Below are positions 26,437-43,474 of a stretch of 64,000 bases of DNA, in pieces. Where the stretch lies: the NCBI RefSeq assembly GCF_009914755.1, contig NC_060926.1; one strand, given 5' to 3'. Both the position numbers and the translations under genes were made by a program. The first letter of the stretch is position 1. Every line of letters begins with the position of its first letter. Source of the DNA: the human T2T-CHM13v2.0 reference genome, Homo sapiens. A model generated the notes under the pieces. That model was not told the DNA's origin and searched no databases. It was given only the letters and a program-made list of their open reading frames with translations.

Positions 26437-28797
26437 GCACTTTACTTAATCTAATTCTCACAGCAACCCTATGAGGTAGCTGAAACTGATGCAGAGAAGT
26501 GAAGTAACCTCCCCAGTTGCTAGAGAGGAAGTGGCATGTACCCAAATCCAACTCTGTGCACTTCACCCCATGTTCCAGCCCCCAGTGTGTGGCTGTGTGT
26601 GGCCAGGTGACAGGTGCACCCGGGAGTTGAGGGAGGGGAGTCTGCTCCCAGACAGGTTGGGTTTGGGGTGCTGAGGGGAGAAGGTGTCAGGGCTCAGGGG
26701 ACCTGTGGGACTTCACTCCCTGCTCTTCTCCTCCCAGGCCCCTGGCCTCAGGTTCCTGCCTCATGCTGATGACTTTGGGATTGAGTGGGACAGTTGGAGG
26801 GTTGCCTTCAGGAAGAGAAATGATGCTGGCCTGGCTTTTGAGCTCCTTATGAAACACAGCAGTGAACCAGTCTAGGAAACCGCACTGTGTTCCACCAGAC
26901 TGAACAAGCAGAAAGGGCCTTGGACCCGCCTCCCCGGCACACCCGTGGGATGGCTGTCTACATCTGCATGCAAATGATTCTGATACGTTCTGACAAATAA
27001 TATTTACATTTGGAATCCAGCTGTCAAGAGAGAACAGCTGCCATCAGGTGCTTAAGGCACCTCTAAGGCATGTTTTCAGATTTTAAAAAAAACCACGTGA
27101 GCCCACACTGTTTAAACTGTATCCCCACGGAAGTTGCAAACTGAAGCTTCTTTGTTCCTGCCAAATGACTCATGGACGCCCTTTAAAAGAGAACGAAACA
27201 GACGTGTTTTGATGGGGAAAATACATAAAAAATGCAGTGCATTTTTCCAAGCAGCCATCAGACCATCTAATTCAGGCCAACGAGGGCAAAGCTGCGAAGC
27301 TCTTCGGCTGACCTTCTCCATGAGGACCTTGTCCCAGACAGGGGCCCCCTGGAAAGGGACGTACTGACCAAGGCAGGAAAGAGAAGGCCAATTTTCCCAA
27401 GACGATTAATCTTACTGAGGTTCCATTTGAAAACAGCCTTCGTGTTCTTCTAGTATGTTGTTTTTCTGAGGAAATCATTTTCAGAAGCATGTGATGTAAT
27501 CATCTTAAGAAGATAAGCGTTCATTTACATAGCATTTATTCTGTGCTAAACATAGTAAGTAATTCCTTGATGAAGAACCCAGACACAGAGATAGTAAGTA
27601 ACTTGCCCAAGTCCACACAGCTAGCAAGTGCCTAGCTGGGGTGCAAACCAGGTAGTCTGGCCACAGAGTCTGGGCTCCGCGTGGTGGAAAAAGCACCTCC
27701 CGTGTTGGAATCTGTGTGCCCTTGGACAAGTCCCATATCCTTCCTGAGTCACTAATGCCTCCCCAGCACTGTTGTGGGAGGATTAGTCACTGGGGCAGGC
27801 CCTCAATAAACATGAGCTGGATCTGAGTCCCAGGGGAGTGCCACACAACTTCCATGGGCCTCCCCTGACCCTCCCAGGCTTCAGGAAGCTCTTCCACCTC
27901 TGCAATGTTGGGTGGAGTAGCAAAAAAAGGCACGCAAGGATCCAGCAGGCCTGTAGGACATGGCGGTTTATTGTGAAAATGGTCTGAATTGATATTGGTA
28001 GTGCCTCCACCCCTACACATACACACATACATGGGTTCCTAATACACATGTACACAACACACAACACACAACTAACCAACGAGAATCCATCAGCATTGAA
28101 CCGCAGGCAGCACACTGGCAGGTGCCTGGAGCGGTTACAGTTGTTACTAATTTCTTGGTGCTTACACTGCGTTGGCTTTGTAACCCCAGGGCCTGGCTCT
28201 GTGTCCTGGGGATGCACACATTTCCTCGCAGCTAGGCCAGTTTGCATCAACCCTGCACCACTTCTCTTCATTCTCTACAAATTGGAGAAACCCCATGTTG
28301 TTGATAAGAAGGAACCAACGACAAAGTTATAACAGTGAAAGACACAGGAAACAGCTCTCTGGTGCAGGTTCCCAATTTCAGGCATAACAGAAAGTTATTC
28401 AGGGCAGCAGCCCTGATGTTCTTGAACTCTGGCTTCTCAAAAGGAAGGACATAATTTTCACTGGGTGGAGGGCTGGGGTTACCTGAAAATAGCTCTCTTG
28501 CAGGATGGAAGTTCCTGACCAATTCTACTTCCATAAGGCACTGTCAAACACCTCCCTTCGCCCACCTCCAGATTCCAGATTGAGCAGTCCTAGCCTTAGC
28601 CCTGAACACCCACCAGGACCCATTGTGGCTGCCACAAATGGACCCACCCTGCTCATACAAACACGTGGGGACTGCAGAAAAATCAGGACCCAAGGATTGA
28701 CCTCACACTCCTATCAGTTGCTCCCACTCCTCCCCATCATCTCTGCTTCTTCACCTCCCACTTGACTTTGCCTAGCTCCAGATCTTGCCTCAGGCAT

Positions 28798-29140
28798 AGA
28801 TATGGTTTGTCTGTGTCCCCACCCAAATCTCACCTTGAATTGTAATAACCTCCACGTGTCAAGGGTGGGGCCAGGTGGAGATAATCGAATCATGGGGATG
28901 GCTTCCCCATACTGTTTTCATGGTAATGAATGTCTTATGAGATCTGATGGTTTTATAAAGGGCAGTTCCCCTGCACACACCCTCTTGCCTGCCACCATGT
29001 AAAACATGCCTTAGCTTCTCCTCTGCCTTCTTCATCATTGTGAGGCTTCCCCAGCCATGTGGAACTGTGAGTCCATTAAACCTCTTTCCTTTATAAATTA
29101 CCCATTCTCAGGTGTCTTTATTAGCAGCATGAGAACAGAC
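28798..29140 (+). mobile_element. THE1 (C/D-like) solo LTR, inside an older LTR-like element
   Basis: GATATGGTTTGTCTGTGTCCCCACCCAAATCTCA..GAACTGTGAGTCCATTAAACCTCTTTCC. Confidence 0.88.
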
Positions 29141-29529
29141 ACCCTAGGATGTGGCAGCCTGCTACAAACCCACTGGCTCAATGGACCCCCTTCCCGATAT
29201 TTACGCTTCTTAGTTATGCAAGCCAATAAATTCCCTTTATGGTGGTTGAGGTCTTTAGAATTGGGTTTTTAATTTCTCAAAATGCAAGAACCCTGACTAA
29301 TACAGAGGTATTTGATAAAGTAAATTGAAAGAGAAGCTCAGCAGTCCATGCATTGACTTAGCAGGAAGAGGGGAGCCCTGGAAGGCTTGAATAGACAGGT
29401 GGCATCCTTTGATGTATCTGATCAGCCAGTACCCATTTGACGAGTATGGACATCTGCATGGGGCTGGATCATGGGTGTCCACCAATAAACATCACACTGC
29501 GTGACCCCTGCTCCTGAGAAACCCACCGT

Positions 29530-29980
29530 CAAATTTCATTCAGTAAATTATTTTTGACGGCTGATTATGTATACAACACTGTTAAATTCTAGTTAACATA
29601 AGGCGCTTAATTCAAGATAGTGGCGAAAATCATGTTGTTGGAAGGTAGAGTCGGCTGTGCTGGTGTACAGGTGTCCCAGGTAGATGGTACTGAGGTGGGG
29701 ACAGCTTTCAGGGGTGGCTGGGAGAGACCAGCTGTGAGACGGGGCTGAGCTGAGCAGGAAAATAGGACAGGAAAGTGAGGGCATCCTGGAGGATCAGCCT
29801 GAAAGGAAGATGAGGGAAGAGGTGACCGATTGGATGTGGAGCAGAGGGAAGGGAGGGAACAATTTAAGGACATCTTGAAGGGGGCACCTTGAGCAGCAAT
29901 GGGGATGCCAGGAGAGAAGTGGGTTGAGGGGTGGAGAGGAGGAGGTGAGTTTAGCTTAGACACGTCGAGTTCAGACATTG
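29530..29980 (-). mobile_element. L2 fragment
   Basis: TTCATTCAGTAAATTATTT 3' end; GAGTTTAGCTTAGACACGTCGAGTT. Confidence 0.55.
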
Positions 29981-30078
29981 GTTTAAAAAGTAGTAAGCAA
30001 TGCCACTGTGTTCACAAGTTGTTGCTTAGGAGGGATGGTGTTTAGGACAGTGGTTCAGATCCAGAAGACTGGATTTGA

Positions 30079-30398
<320 letters not shown>

Positions 30399-30627
30399 CC
30401 AGCCCTGCTCTTTCTGTGCTCTGTGGTGCTGAGCGCATCACTTCACCTTTCTGAATTTCAGAGGGGATAACAAGGCACTCCTTCCTTGGCTTAACTCACA
30501 AGATGACCAAGTGAAGTTTTGTAAACCATAACATGTCACGTACATGTTGGTTATTACAGCTGAGATAAAAATTGACAAACTGTAAAAGCATTAAAGCAAA
30601 CAAATGAGAAAAAAAAAACTCTGTGTT

Positions 30628-31659
<1,032 letters not shown>

Positions 31660-32960
31660 TTAGAACCTTGGGATCATCAAATTTTCCCCGGAATTTGGGG
31701 TCTAAATGATGGAGGTAACTGCTCGGGTCTCTGACGGGCCCCGCCCCTCCCCCGCACAGAGAAGGAAGCCCGGGCACACGTTCTCCCTGCCTGCCGCTGA
31801 CCTGCCCTCCCAAGGCAAAACCCGTCAGTAATGAAAGAGACAGGCATGGACTCCGGCGTTTTAAAACTTCATCTGTCACAAAGAACAGAAGTCAATTATC
31901 TAGTCCCAGAAATCATTTCCCCGGATGATAGACGGAAGCTATTAGCAGGTCCTTGGCAAAGACCTTGCCAGGCTTTGATGCTGCCTCCCTGGCCATGCTG
32001 TTCCTGGCTGCCTGATCCTTCCCGGGGCCTGGAGTCTGGCTTCCCACATGGGCCCCAAACGGCTGGCTCTGCGGCAGCCCACGCGTCACCTCTGTGCCCA
32101 TTCCAGGGTCTTCTCTCCAGACTGTGGCTTTCCCTGAATAATCTGGGCTCATGACAGAATAGCGAAAACCCAGAACTTTATAGCCTGGGAGGAGAAAGAT
32201 GTGTTTCCCTGATGCCAGTGAAGGCCTGTGTGGGTCCCGTCCCTGCGCAGTGGACTTGTCAGCGGGGGGGCTGGAATAGCCCTGGCAGGTGAGATCACGC
32301 GCCATTGTAGTTAGTCCAGAAAACCACCCCCTTGATTTCTAGACTCCAACTCACTGACCTTTCATCTTTCTCAAAGATATCCTTTCTTGGACATTGCATG
32401 AGCCGGAAGGGGAGGAGGGCTGGGCTGCAAGGCAACGTCCACTCACCGGCTCCTTTCTGGGGAGAAGTCATAGTTCAGGGGCAGGATCCTTTTTCCTGGC
32501 TAGGTGTTCACAGGGGGTAACTTGGTGAGGAGGTCTCAAGTGTCTGCCTCAAGGGTACGAACCCTAGACGAATTCTGGCATGTCCTTCCCGTAGGTGGAT
32601 AGAATACAGCTGGCTACTCTCTCTTCCCATCCATGAATGTTTTTTTTTCCTTTTGTGACAGGTAAGGTGTGACGTGGAGCTGGTTTAGTTTGAATGCTCG
32701 GTCACATATTTCAAGAAACTTAAAGGGACACATGACTTTGGCATGGGTGTGGCCTTACTGTTGGCATTGAAGGCAGGGTCTCCACTGTTGCATGGGGCCA
32801 CTAGAGTCTGATTTAGCAAAGATTGTTCACAGAAAGGCACCAGCACAGTGGGGAGTGCATGGTGGCCCAAGCTCTGCCCTTCAGTAGCTGGGGGGGACTT
32901 TACCTCATGGAGACACAGTTTCTTCATCTATAAAATGGAGGCAAAAAATCATGCCTTACA

Positions 32961-33252
32961 GGCTGGGCACAGTGGCTCATGCCTATAATCCCAGCACTTT
33001 GGGAGGCTGAGGCTTGAGGATCACTTGAGGTTGTGAGTTCAAGACCAGCCTGGCCAACATGGCGAAACCCTGTCACTACTAAAAACAACAAAAATTGCCG
33101 GGCATGGTGGCACATGCCTGTGGTCTCAGCTACCCAGGAGACTGAGGCAGGAGAATTACTTGAACCCAGGAGGCAGAGGCTTCAGTGAGCTGAGATCATG
33201 CCGCTTCACTCCAGCCTGGGCGACAGAGCAAGACTCCGTCTCGAAAAAAAAA
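32961..33252 (+). mobile_element. AluS/J
   Basis: Alu dimer inside a MIR remnant. Confidence 0.9.
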
Positions 33253-33874
33253 TCATTAAAGAAAAAAGAATGCAAATCAAGCACCTAGCACATGGTAGGT
33301 GCTCACAAATGTTACTTCTTCCCCCTTTATTATCCAGAAATATTTGACCCCAAAACAGATTCTAAGGAATCGACAAGAATAAACTGTGCCTATAGTTTTA
33401 GATAAAGATGCAATGTTGCTCTTTTGTGGTTAAAAGTGGTAGCTTTGGCTTCGTTTATTATTTTCTCAGCCATCTTATTCCTGGAAAGTCCTCATCCTTC
33501 CCGCACAGCCACTAAGCCGATGATTTTACGGACCTGGGCTTTCTCTCTGGGCACAATGTCCACCTGGTTACCTGGCTATTCCAGCCAGCAGTCAGATGAC
33601 AGCTGGCCACATGATAGCACTGACCTCACCTTGACCAGCACGTCTCTCCTCCTATTCAAGTGACTTCTCAGGGATCCATCTGTCTGGTCTTGTTCTCTGC
33701 AAGCTGAGAGGGACCAGTCTCGTTGCCAACATGGCAGGAAGAAACGGTTTTGGAACCAAGTGATTGAAAGACTCTTCCGTAGGAAACCATGGTCTGTCTT
33801 CTCTAGGGCCGTTTCCTGGTTCTCACTGCAGGTGTTCTCCTATCCTAAAGTCATGTCACTTCAAGAACACTTCT

Positions 33875-34183
33875 GGCCGGGCGCGGTGGCTCACGCCTGT
33901 AATCCCAGCACTTTGGGAGGCCAAGGCGGACGGATCACGAAGTCAGGAGATCAAGACCATCCTGGCTAACATGGTGAAACCCATCTCTACCGAAAATACA
34001 AAAAAATTAGCCAAGCGTGGTGGCAGGCGTCTGTAGTCCCAGCTACTCAGGAGGCCGAGGCAGGAGAATGGCGTGAACCCGGGAGGTGGAGCTTGCAGTA
34101 AGCCTAGATTGTGCCACTGCACTCCAGCCTGGGAGACAGAGTGAGACTCCGTCTCAAAACAAACAAACAAACAAACCAAAAAA
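33875..34183 (+). mobile_element. AluY
   Basis: GACCATCCTGGCTAAC, GAATGGCGTGAACCC, GAGCTTGCAG; TSD ~AACACTTC. Confidence 0.92.
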
Positions 34184-34192
34184 CACTTCCTG

Positions 34193-34504
34193 GGTCAGGT
34201 GTGGTGGTTCACGTCTATAATCCCCTATAATCCCAGCACTTTGGGAGGCCAAGGTGGGTGGATCGCTTGAGGTCGAGAGTTCAAGACCAGTCTGGCCAAC
34301 ATAGCAAGACCTCATCTCTACTAAAGAAAAAATTTAAAAAATTAGCTGGGCATGGTGGTGCACACCTGTAGTCCCAGTTACTCAGGAGGCTGAAGCACAA
34401 GAATCGCTTGAACCCGGGAGGTGGAGGTGGCAGTTAGCCGAGATCACACCACTGCACTCTAGCCTGAGTGACAGAGCAAGACTCTGTCTAAAAAAATAAA
34501 AAAA
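34193..34504 (+). mobile_element. AluJ/S
   Basis: Alu dimer with an internal CTATAATCCC duplication. Confidence 0.88.
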
Positions 34505-34752
34505 GAAAGCTGCTTCCTGAAGACAGAGGAGCTTCCACAACTGTCTTTTTCCAGCATTTAAAAATCTTCCACTAAACCATCTGGTCTCTCTTAGCCCACA
34601 CCTTCTCCAGACCGAAGCAAAACTGTTAGCACTTTTTATAAGAACTATCAAGCATAAGAGGTTATTTACCTTGAAGGGATAATCATCAGGATATAGTCAG
34701 TGATCGTTTATTCACATATCAAACTAAATTCAACAGATAGCTATGAAATATA

Positions 34753-35077
<325 letters not shown>

Positions 35078-35121
35078 TTAGGTGAGAAGTATTTTTGAAA
35101 GTGTGATAAATTTGAATTACA

Positions 35122-35395
35122 GGCCGGATATGGGGGCTCATGCCTATAATCCCAGTACTTTGAGAGGCTGAACTGGGAGGATTGCTTGAGCCCAGGAGTT
35201 TGAGACGAGCATAGGCAAAAATACAAAAATTATCTGGGTGTGGAGGTGCACATCTGTAGTCCCAGCTACCCGGGAGGCTGAGATGGGAGGATCACGTGAG
35301 CCCAGGGAGGTCAAGGCTGCAGTGAGCCATGATCACGCCACTGTACTCCATCCTAAGCAACAGTGTGAGACCCTATCTCAGAAAAATAATAATAA
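35122..35395 (+). mobile_element. AluJ (internal deletion)
   Basis: TSD AATTTGAATTACA. Confidence 0.88.
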
Positions 35396-36858
35396 TTTGA
35401 ATTACAAGAAACTAGCCCCATAGACATAAATATACTGGACTGAACTAAAACTGCACTCATAATAATGATGTCTACACATGAGAAACACGATCATAATTGG
35501 TTTCATGCAAAACAAATACCTACAGACAAGGAGTCATTTCCCGAGTGACCAGGAATAGAAACCAGAGATGCATTCTTGAACTGAATGTATTTGGAAGAGT
35601 CAGAACAGCTTGAGGGCCAAGTACTGTGTCACAAGCCTTAATATTCTAACCACATTTCATTTTGCACACTCACCTGCCCCACCTCAAGATATGAAGTCTC
35701 CATTGTCAAAAGTGCTATGATAACTGACATGCTATAAACCTTCAAAGAATTACAAAAAGCCAGCAGTCTGCCTTTCTGACTGCTGCCAAAGAATATGCTT
35801 CACATTTTATTGCCTATGAAGATAAAATCAAACATTGCTTTTGATCCTGGATGTTGGTGTGCTAATTTCATGCCCTCCTACCTTGTGTATGCTTGGATAG
35901 TGTGGGGCCACTTGTTTGCCTCTTAAATTGCTGCCCATTGGGGCAGGGGCCATGGCTTATGTATGGTCTGTGCCAAGAGAGATCTAAGCATGATTAAATC
36001 TGGCTGCTCTTCTCTTCCTTTTTACCACCTCTTGATGTTTGCATCCTTCTAGGGCTTAAAGTTCAAGAGCAGCTTTTAGAACCTCCATCGCGGGGTTGTA
36101 GAGAGAGGAGATCTCATCCTTTTTCTATATTTCCAAATCCTATCTAAGTGGCCGATGTACTTTTCAATTTAGTTTATTAAGCTGTGCAATAGGAATTACA
36201 ATAAATACATGTATAATAAGGGCTTTGTAGGCATATGATATGTATAAAACAAATAGCACATTTCCAGGCACAAAAAAAGATGCTCCCTAAATATGTTGAG
36301 TGAATGAATGAAGGATTGAATGAATGAATGAAATGAATCTCAGTTTTCACTAATTTGTACATAGGAACAAAAACTGCTTGTAACCTCAGCAAATGCATTC
36401 ACTGCTCGCAAGGGACCAGATCATTAGCCTGCAGTATGGTATAGATGACATGAAGTAAACACCTCTGTCTGGCCAATGCTAAGACCCTTTCCAAAAAAAT
36501 AAGCCCACTCTTCCTTAAGTCAGTTAATCCTAACTGAAAACTGCTAGAAGCTACTTACAAATTATAAACTAAACCAAGTTTCTTACATCGTTATCAAAGA
36601 CACACCCTATTCAGTTTATCAAACCCACCGAGCATCTTCACTGTTTCCAGCTCATACTGAGCTATTTGTGTGATTGGGAGAAGGCACCCCTTCCTCCAGA
36701 CACTCCACTGACATCTGCACCCCAGGCCCCACCAAAGCCTAATTGATCTGCAGCTGGACAATGACTCTGATGGGAAGGGTGCCCCCAGCTATGCACCGCA
36801 CAGCCTATGTAACCTACCATGAGCCTGTTCACGGAGCCATCAGTAGTTTAGGCTTCCT

Positions 36859-37150
36859 GGCTGGGTGTAGTGCTTACGCCTGTAATCCTAGCACTTTAGG
36901 AGGATGAGGTGGATGGATTGCTTGAGCTCATGAGTTTGAGATCAGCATGGGTAACATGGCAAACCCCATCTCTACAAAAACAAAAAAATTAGCCAGGGGT
37001 GGTGGTGTGTGCCTGTAATCCCAGCTACTTGGGAGGCTGAGGCAGGAGGATCCCTTAAGCCCAGGAGTTCAAGGTGCAGTGAGCTATGATCGTACCACTG
37101 TACTCCAGCCTGGATGACACAGTGAGAACTTGTCTCAAAAAAAAGAATAA
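36859..37150 (+). mobile_element. AluJ
   Basis: TSD AGTTTAGG(C/T)TTCCT. Confidence 0.88.
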
Positions 37151-37859
37151 GTTTAGGTTTCCTTCCTGATCAGGCCTTTGCCCAAACTTAGGTACAAAGC
37201 CAAGGGTTTTCCCACCACGAAAGATCAGAAGGATGCTTACAAGTCCTCTTCTCCTTCAGGAGCCTATTTTCTGAAATGTACTGTGTGAAAAACACAAGCA
37301 TCTAGGGACAATGGAGCCCCCGCAAGACTTCCAGGTCTAGGATGAAATAGGACTCCTCCCACGGAGAGAGAAGACATGAAATGCAGGGAATCATGTAGGT
37401 CTTGATGTGCCCAGCTGGACGCAGGCAGAGGGGAAGGGGTGGCATAGGAATTGTAATGATTTCTAGCTGACTCTTGGAAGATGGGAAAGAATTCACAGAT
37501 ACACAAGGGGCAGAGAGCCTCTAGAAGGATGGAAGGGCTTGTGCTCAGGGTTCTGTGAAAGAATGCACACAATATGGGAAGCTACACGTGGTTCGACCTG
37601 TTCCCCAAACCGCAGCCAGAGAGAGATTTTGAGAAGGCGAATCTGCCTGAAATGGTTCTGTGGCTCTCCACTAGCTTGGGTAAAGTCTAGCTTAGGTGAA
37701 GCTCTCTCTCCCCTTTGACTCTGCACACACTGTCTCTCACCACCAACTTCCAGCTCATAGTCATCAGGGATCCCTTGTTCATCTGGATCAGAGCCCTCCC
37801 TGGACTCAGGCAAGGCAATAGCCCCCACATGTTCACCCACTGAACTTGAACTTAATTGT

Positions 37860-38465
37860 ACCTTCTTGTTAGAGTCTGCTCTCACTCTGGATTGCTGGCT
37901 CTAGGGGCTCAGGGACTGTGGCTCTCTTGCCCATCCCTGGATTCTCAGAGCTAGCACAGGATCTGATGCATAACAGGAATTGAGAATGAATGAATGAATG
38001 TGTTAGGCGTGACTGTATCTGTGGGTATATTCGACATTTGTTGAGAAATTAGGCTGAACCGTTAAGCAGTCTGGACTGCAAAGGGCCTTATATAGCACAC
38101 TGAGGAATTGGGATTTCATTCACAGACTGCGGGGAGCCATTGAAAGATTTTTAAGCGAGTGCCATACTAGATTTGCATTTTTGAATAATCACTTTTTGAA
38201 AGATAATTATGGCACCCACGTAAACAGGATGGATTGGAGAGTTGTCTAGGCTGGAGATAAGAAGATTTGTTGTGCCGCTGTATTCACAAAAAAAGAGTGA
38301 GGGCCTGAATTGATGAGGGATGAGGGGAGAATCAAGGGCAGGGAGCAGCTCTGTGGGTACTATGTAAGTAGAATCATCAGGACCTGGTGACTGACTAGAT
38401 TTGCAGGATGAGGGAGGAGAAGGACTTCAGGATGGTGCCAAGGTTTCTGGTTGGACAACTAGATG
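37860..38465. mobile_element. L2 fragments
   Basis: CTAGCACAGG..GAATGAATGAATGAATG 3' end; GGGAGCCATTGAAAGATTTTTAAGC..CAAGGTTTCTGG. Confidence 0.6.
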
Positions 38466-39747
38466 AGGAAGAAGAGCAAATTAAATCACAGAAGCATGCT
38501 GCAAATGATCAGTTGACTTTGGGTTGGCACTCGCTGGGGTCTCAATCAAAGAAAACCATGTTTTCTACTTCTTCTGGTTAGCCTTTTTGAGCAAAGAAGC
38601 TGGAGTATCTGTGGGGTCTTGTGCCCTGCTGAGGGAGTCTTAGACTTGGGAAGTATAGAACCCCTGGTAGTCCAGCTTGCGAGTCAAGTGGGCTGAGATC
38701 CACTCAGCCAAGGGCCCAATCCCACCCTATTAGGGTATCAGCAGCTTTCTATCTGATGCACAGTGGTGGGGATGCATGTGGAAGGCATGCTCTTTGCTTC
38801 TGCCAGCCCCAGGCTGGATTGCTGTGTCATATTATGGAATGGGGCACAAAGGGGGCATTGATTTGCTGGCAATCCTGCCATGGAATCCCTTGGTCACGGC
38901 TTTTCCATGCCCTGTCTCCAGCATACTCAGACTGATCCAGTGTGCCCAACCAGCCGTTTCCACCGGTCTGGCCCGGCCAGGGACCTTCTTGCCACATTCT
39001 GGGCTCTGCCCACTGGAGAGTTCAGGACAGGACCCGGGTGCAGACCGGAGGCCCAGGCGCAGAGTTGTTATGCTCAGGGCCATATGGAAAATGTGAACAG
39101 GGCCTGAACAAACTGCACAGCTCACTTCTTGGCATTTGCAAGTGGGACTCACCAAGATGCAATGCAGAGGCGGCCAGTGAGGTCAACTTTGGCTGAGAAC
39201 CCCGAACAGACTGGGAGAGTCCAGGAGAGAAAGGAAGGGACACTGGAGCAAACATAACGGGGTGTAGCCCTGTTTTAAAAACACCAACAGAGAAAGCAAC
39301 CTTTGGAGGAAAAGTGCATGGCTCCAAATCCCAGGGGGGCCCACTCTTGTCGGGGGTCTGATATCTGACCCCTGGGCTGCCCAGAAGCATTCACTAAATG
39401 CTGCTCTCCAACCAAGTTAAAAGAAAACAACTCCCAAACTCTTTGCAAAGAGAGTCACACACATGGCCTTGCAGACTTTGGGAATTCCGCAGAACTGAGA
39501 AAATGAAGTCTCTGTTTCGAGCCATGACTAGGTCTCTTATATGACTAAGGGTTATTACTTCTGCTTAGAGGCAGGAAACATCCACAGCTCCAAATCCTAC
39601 AGGCCAACCAACCACTCTCTGTGTGGCGGTTAGGCAAGCACTTTCAGAGTGAATGTTGGGCACTTACAGATCCCTTGGGAACTTTTTGCTCTCTGATCAC
39701 AACTCTGCAAGTGGTTCCCCAGAGATGTGAAAGAGCAAGTGCTCTAA

Positions 39748-40131
<384 letters not shown>

Positions 40132-40139
40132 CAAAGTCC

Positions 40140-40439
<300 letters not shown>

Positions 40440-41662
40440 TAATCCTTGGTTTTGAATTTCTCCTCTAAAATGCTAGATGAAGCTGTGTAGACTTGCTTTC
40501 TCTAAAATCTCCCAAGCACATATTAAAAATACAGATTTCCAATCCCCTCCCCTAAAGACAGTTCTGTGCCAGGGCCATCTGGAACCTGGACTTTACCAGG
40601 GGTCCCGGAGATCCTTACAATTGGGCAAGTGTCAGCAATGCTTTTGAGCCTAGGAATGATGGTAGAGGGGGGCGGGCCTAGCCCATGGTCATTCTCACCA
40701 TACCCCCAACAGGTGAGCAACCACCACAATGGGGAGGAGATGATGCTGGCCTGTGTGACTGCAGGGACCTGGGACTAGGAGAGACCTGTGCTCAGCATGA
40801 GGATAGCAGCGAGGAGAGCTCTGGGGAAAGAAAGCAGCTCCCAGAACAGGCTTGGGAGGTGGGGGATTCAGAGTTCAGGAGATCATCCCTCAGTAGTATG
40901 TTCTAAGTCAGGCTGTAGCTTCTCAGATTACGTTATCACGAGAGGTCTGTTGGGATAGACCCATTTGGGGACTTAGTGACCGGATGAAATAAATTAGTCT
41001 AGAGAGTTAGGAGAAAAGCTAATTTGGAGGAAGCTTTAACAGCCCTGGATATCCAGATCACTATGGCACCAAGTGGCAGATAGTCCAGTTGGCTCAGGGT
41101 GTCTGTCTCTGGGTTATGTTGGACCCCTGTTCTATGGGATAGAGAAATGCCTCTCTGAAGGTCATTTGTTTCTGTGTTCCCCTCTCTGTGAGGCGGCATG
41201 AAGGCCCAGCACCTCTGCAGACACCATTACACCCTCAGCCCCGTGTTCCCAGAGTCTAGTACAGTGTCTGGCATGTGCACACGGCATCATCTCTGAATGA
41301 CAGCTTTGAATTGGGTTCCTGTATATTATTCGACTGTAGGGCTCCAGGCTTTGTGATGGAGATGTCCAAATGGACTCTCCTAAGAGACCTGTGACCAGCG
41401 CAATATTTCTTTCTAATTTCCTCCTCAAAGCACCAGGATATGCTTAGCCCTGTGGCAGGAATCTCCGTGTATCCCAACCTCATTTCAGCTACGTATTCTC
41501 CAGGCGGCTTTCTGTCTTCACTCCACTCTTCAGGCACATGCTGACTCAGGCCAGCACCTCAAATGGATGGGCAGGAAAACCTTGCTGGACACAGAGTTAA
41601 TCACCGAATGGGCTGGATACTCACATCCCACTGCCTCAGAGCGTGGGCTCATTCCCAAGGGG

Positions 41663-41665
<3 letters not shown>

Positions 41666-41725
<60 letters not shown>
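41666..41725. repeat. Perfect (TC)30 microsatellite
   Basis: Directly visible. Confidence 0.97.
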
Positions 41726-41729
<4 letters not shown>

Positions 41730-41979
41730 CAACTCAGCAGCACTCTTTAGTCCCAGCTGGAATTCATCAACGAAATACTGACTGGCATGAGCCTTCTCTG
41801 ACAGCTTCAATTACCAGCTCAAGGAATAAAAACAAAAGTCGGGAGAAGAGACGTCAGAGGTGGAAAAGTAGCAGAGCTGGGTCCTCCTGTGGCATGAATA
41901 ATGCCAGGGAATATGTTTTTCCTCTATGGTTTAGCTCCATTTTGGGAGTTTGCTTTCTGAGAGGTATTAAAAGAGCCTT

Positions 41980-42664
41980 ATTTTTTTTTTTTAATTTAAG
42001 TTCTGGGATATATATACAGGACATGCAGGTTTGTTACATAGGTAAACGTGTGTCATGGTGGTTTGCTGCACCTATCAACACATCACCTAGGAATTAAGCC
42101 CCACATGCATTAGCTACTTATCCTGATGCTCTCCCTCCTCCCACCCCCACCCCACCCAACAGGTCCAAGTGTGTGTTGTTCCCCTCCCCATGTCCATGTA
42201 TTCTCATTGTTCAGCTCCCACTAATAAGTGAGAACACATGGTATTTGGTTTTCTGTTCCTGTGGTAATTTCTTAAGAATAATGGCTTCAAGCTCCATCCA
42301 TGTCCCTGCAAAGGACATGATCTTTTTCCTTTTTATGGCTGCATAGTATTCTGTGGTATATCTATACCACATTTTCTTTATCCAGTGTATCATTCATAGG
42401 CATTTGGGGTGATTCTATGTCTTTGCTGCTGTGAACAGTGCTGCAATGAACATACATGTGCATGTATCTTTATAACAGAATAATTTATATTTTTTTGGGT
42501 ATATACCCAGTAATAGCATTGCTGGGTCAAATAATATTTCTGGTTCTAGGTGTTTGAGGAATTCCCACACTCTCTTCCACAGTGGTTGAGCTAATTTACA
42601 TTCCCACCAACAGTGTGAAAGTGTTCTTATTTCTCCACAGCCTCACCAGCATCTGCTATTTCTT

Positions 42665-42667
<3 letters not shown>
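41980..42667 (-). mobile_element. L1PA (older PA subfamily) 3' end
   Basis: Poly(T) then CATGCAGGTTTGTTACATAGGTAAACGTGTGTCATGGTGGTTTGCTGCACCTATCAAC; includes the ORF2 C-terminal remnant (track ORF 42211-42393). Confidence 0.92.
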
Positions 42668-42976
<309 letters not shown>

Positions 42977-42997
42977 GATCTTTTTTTTTTTTTATGA

Positions 42998-43474
<477 letters not shown>

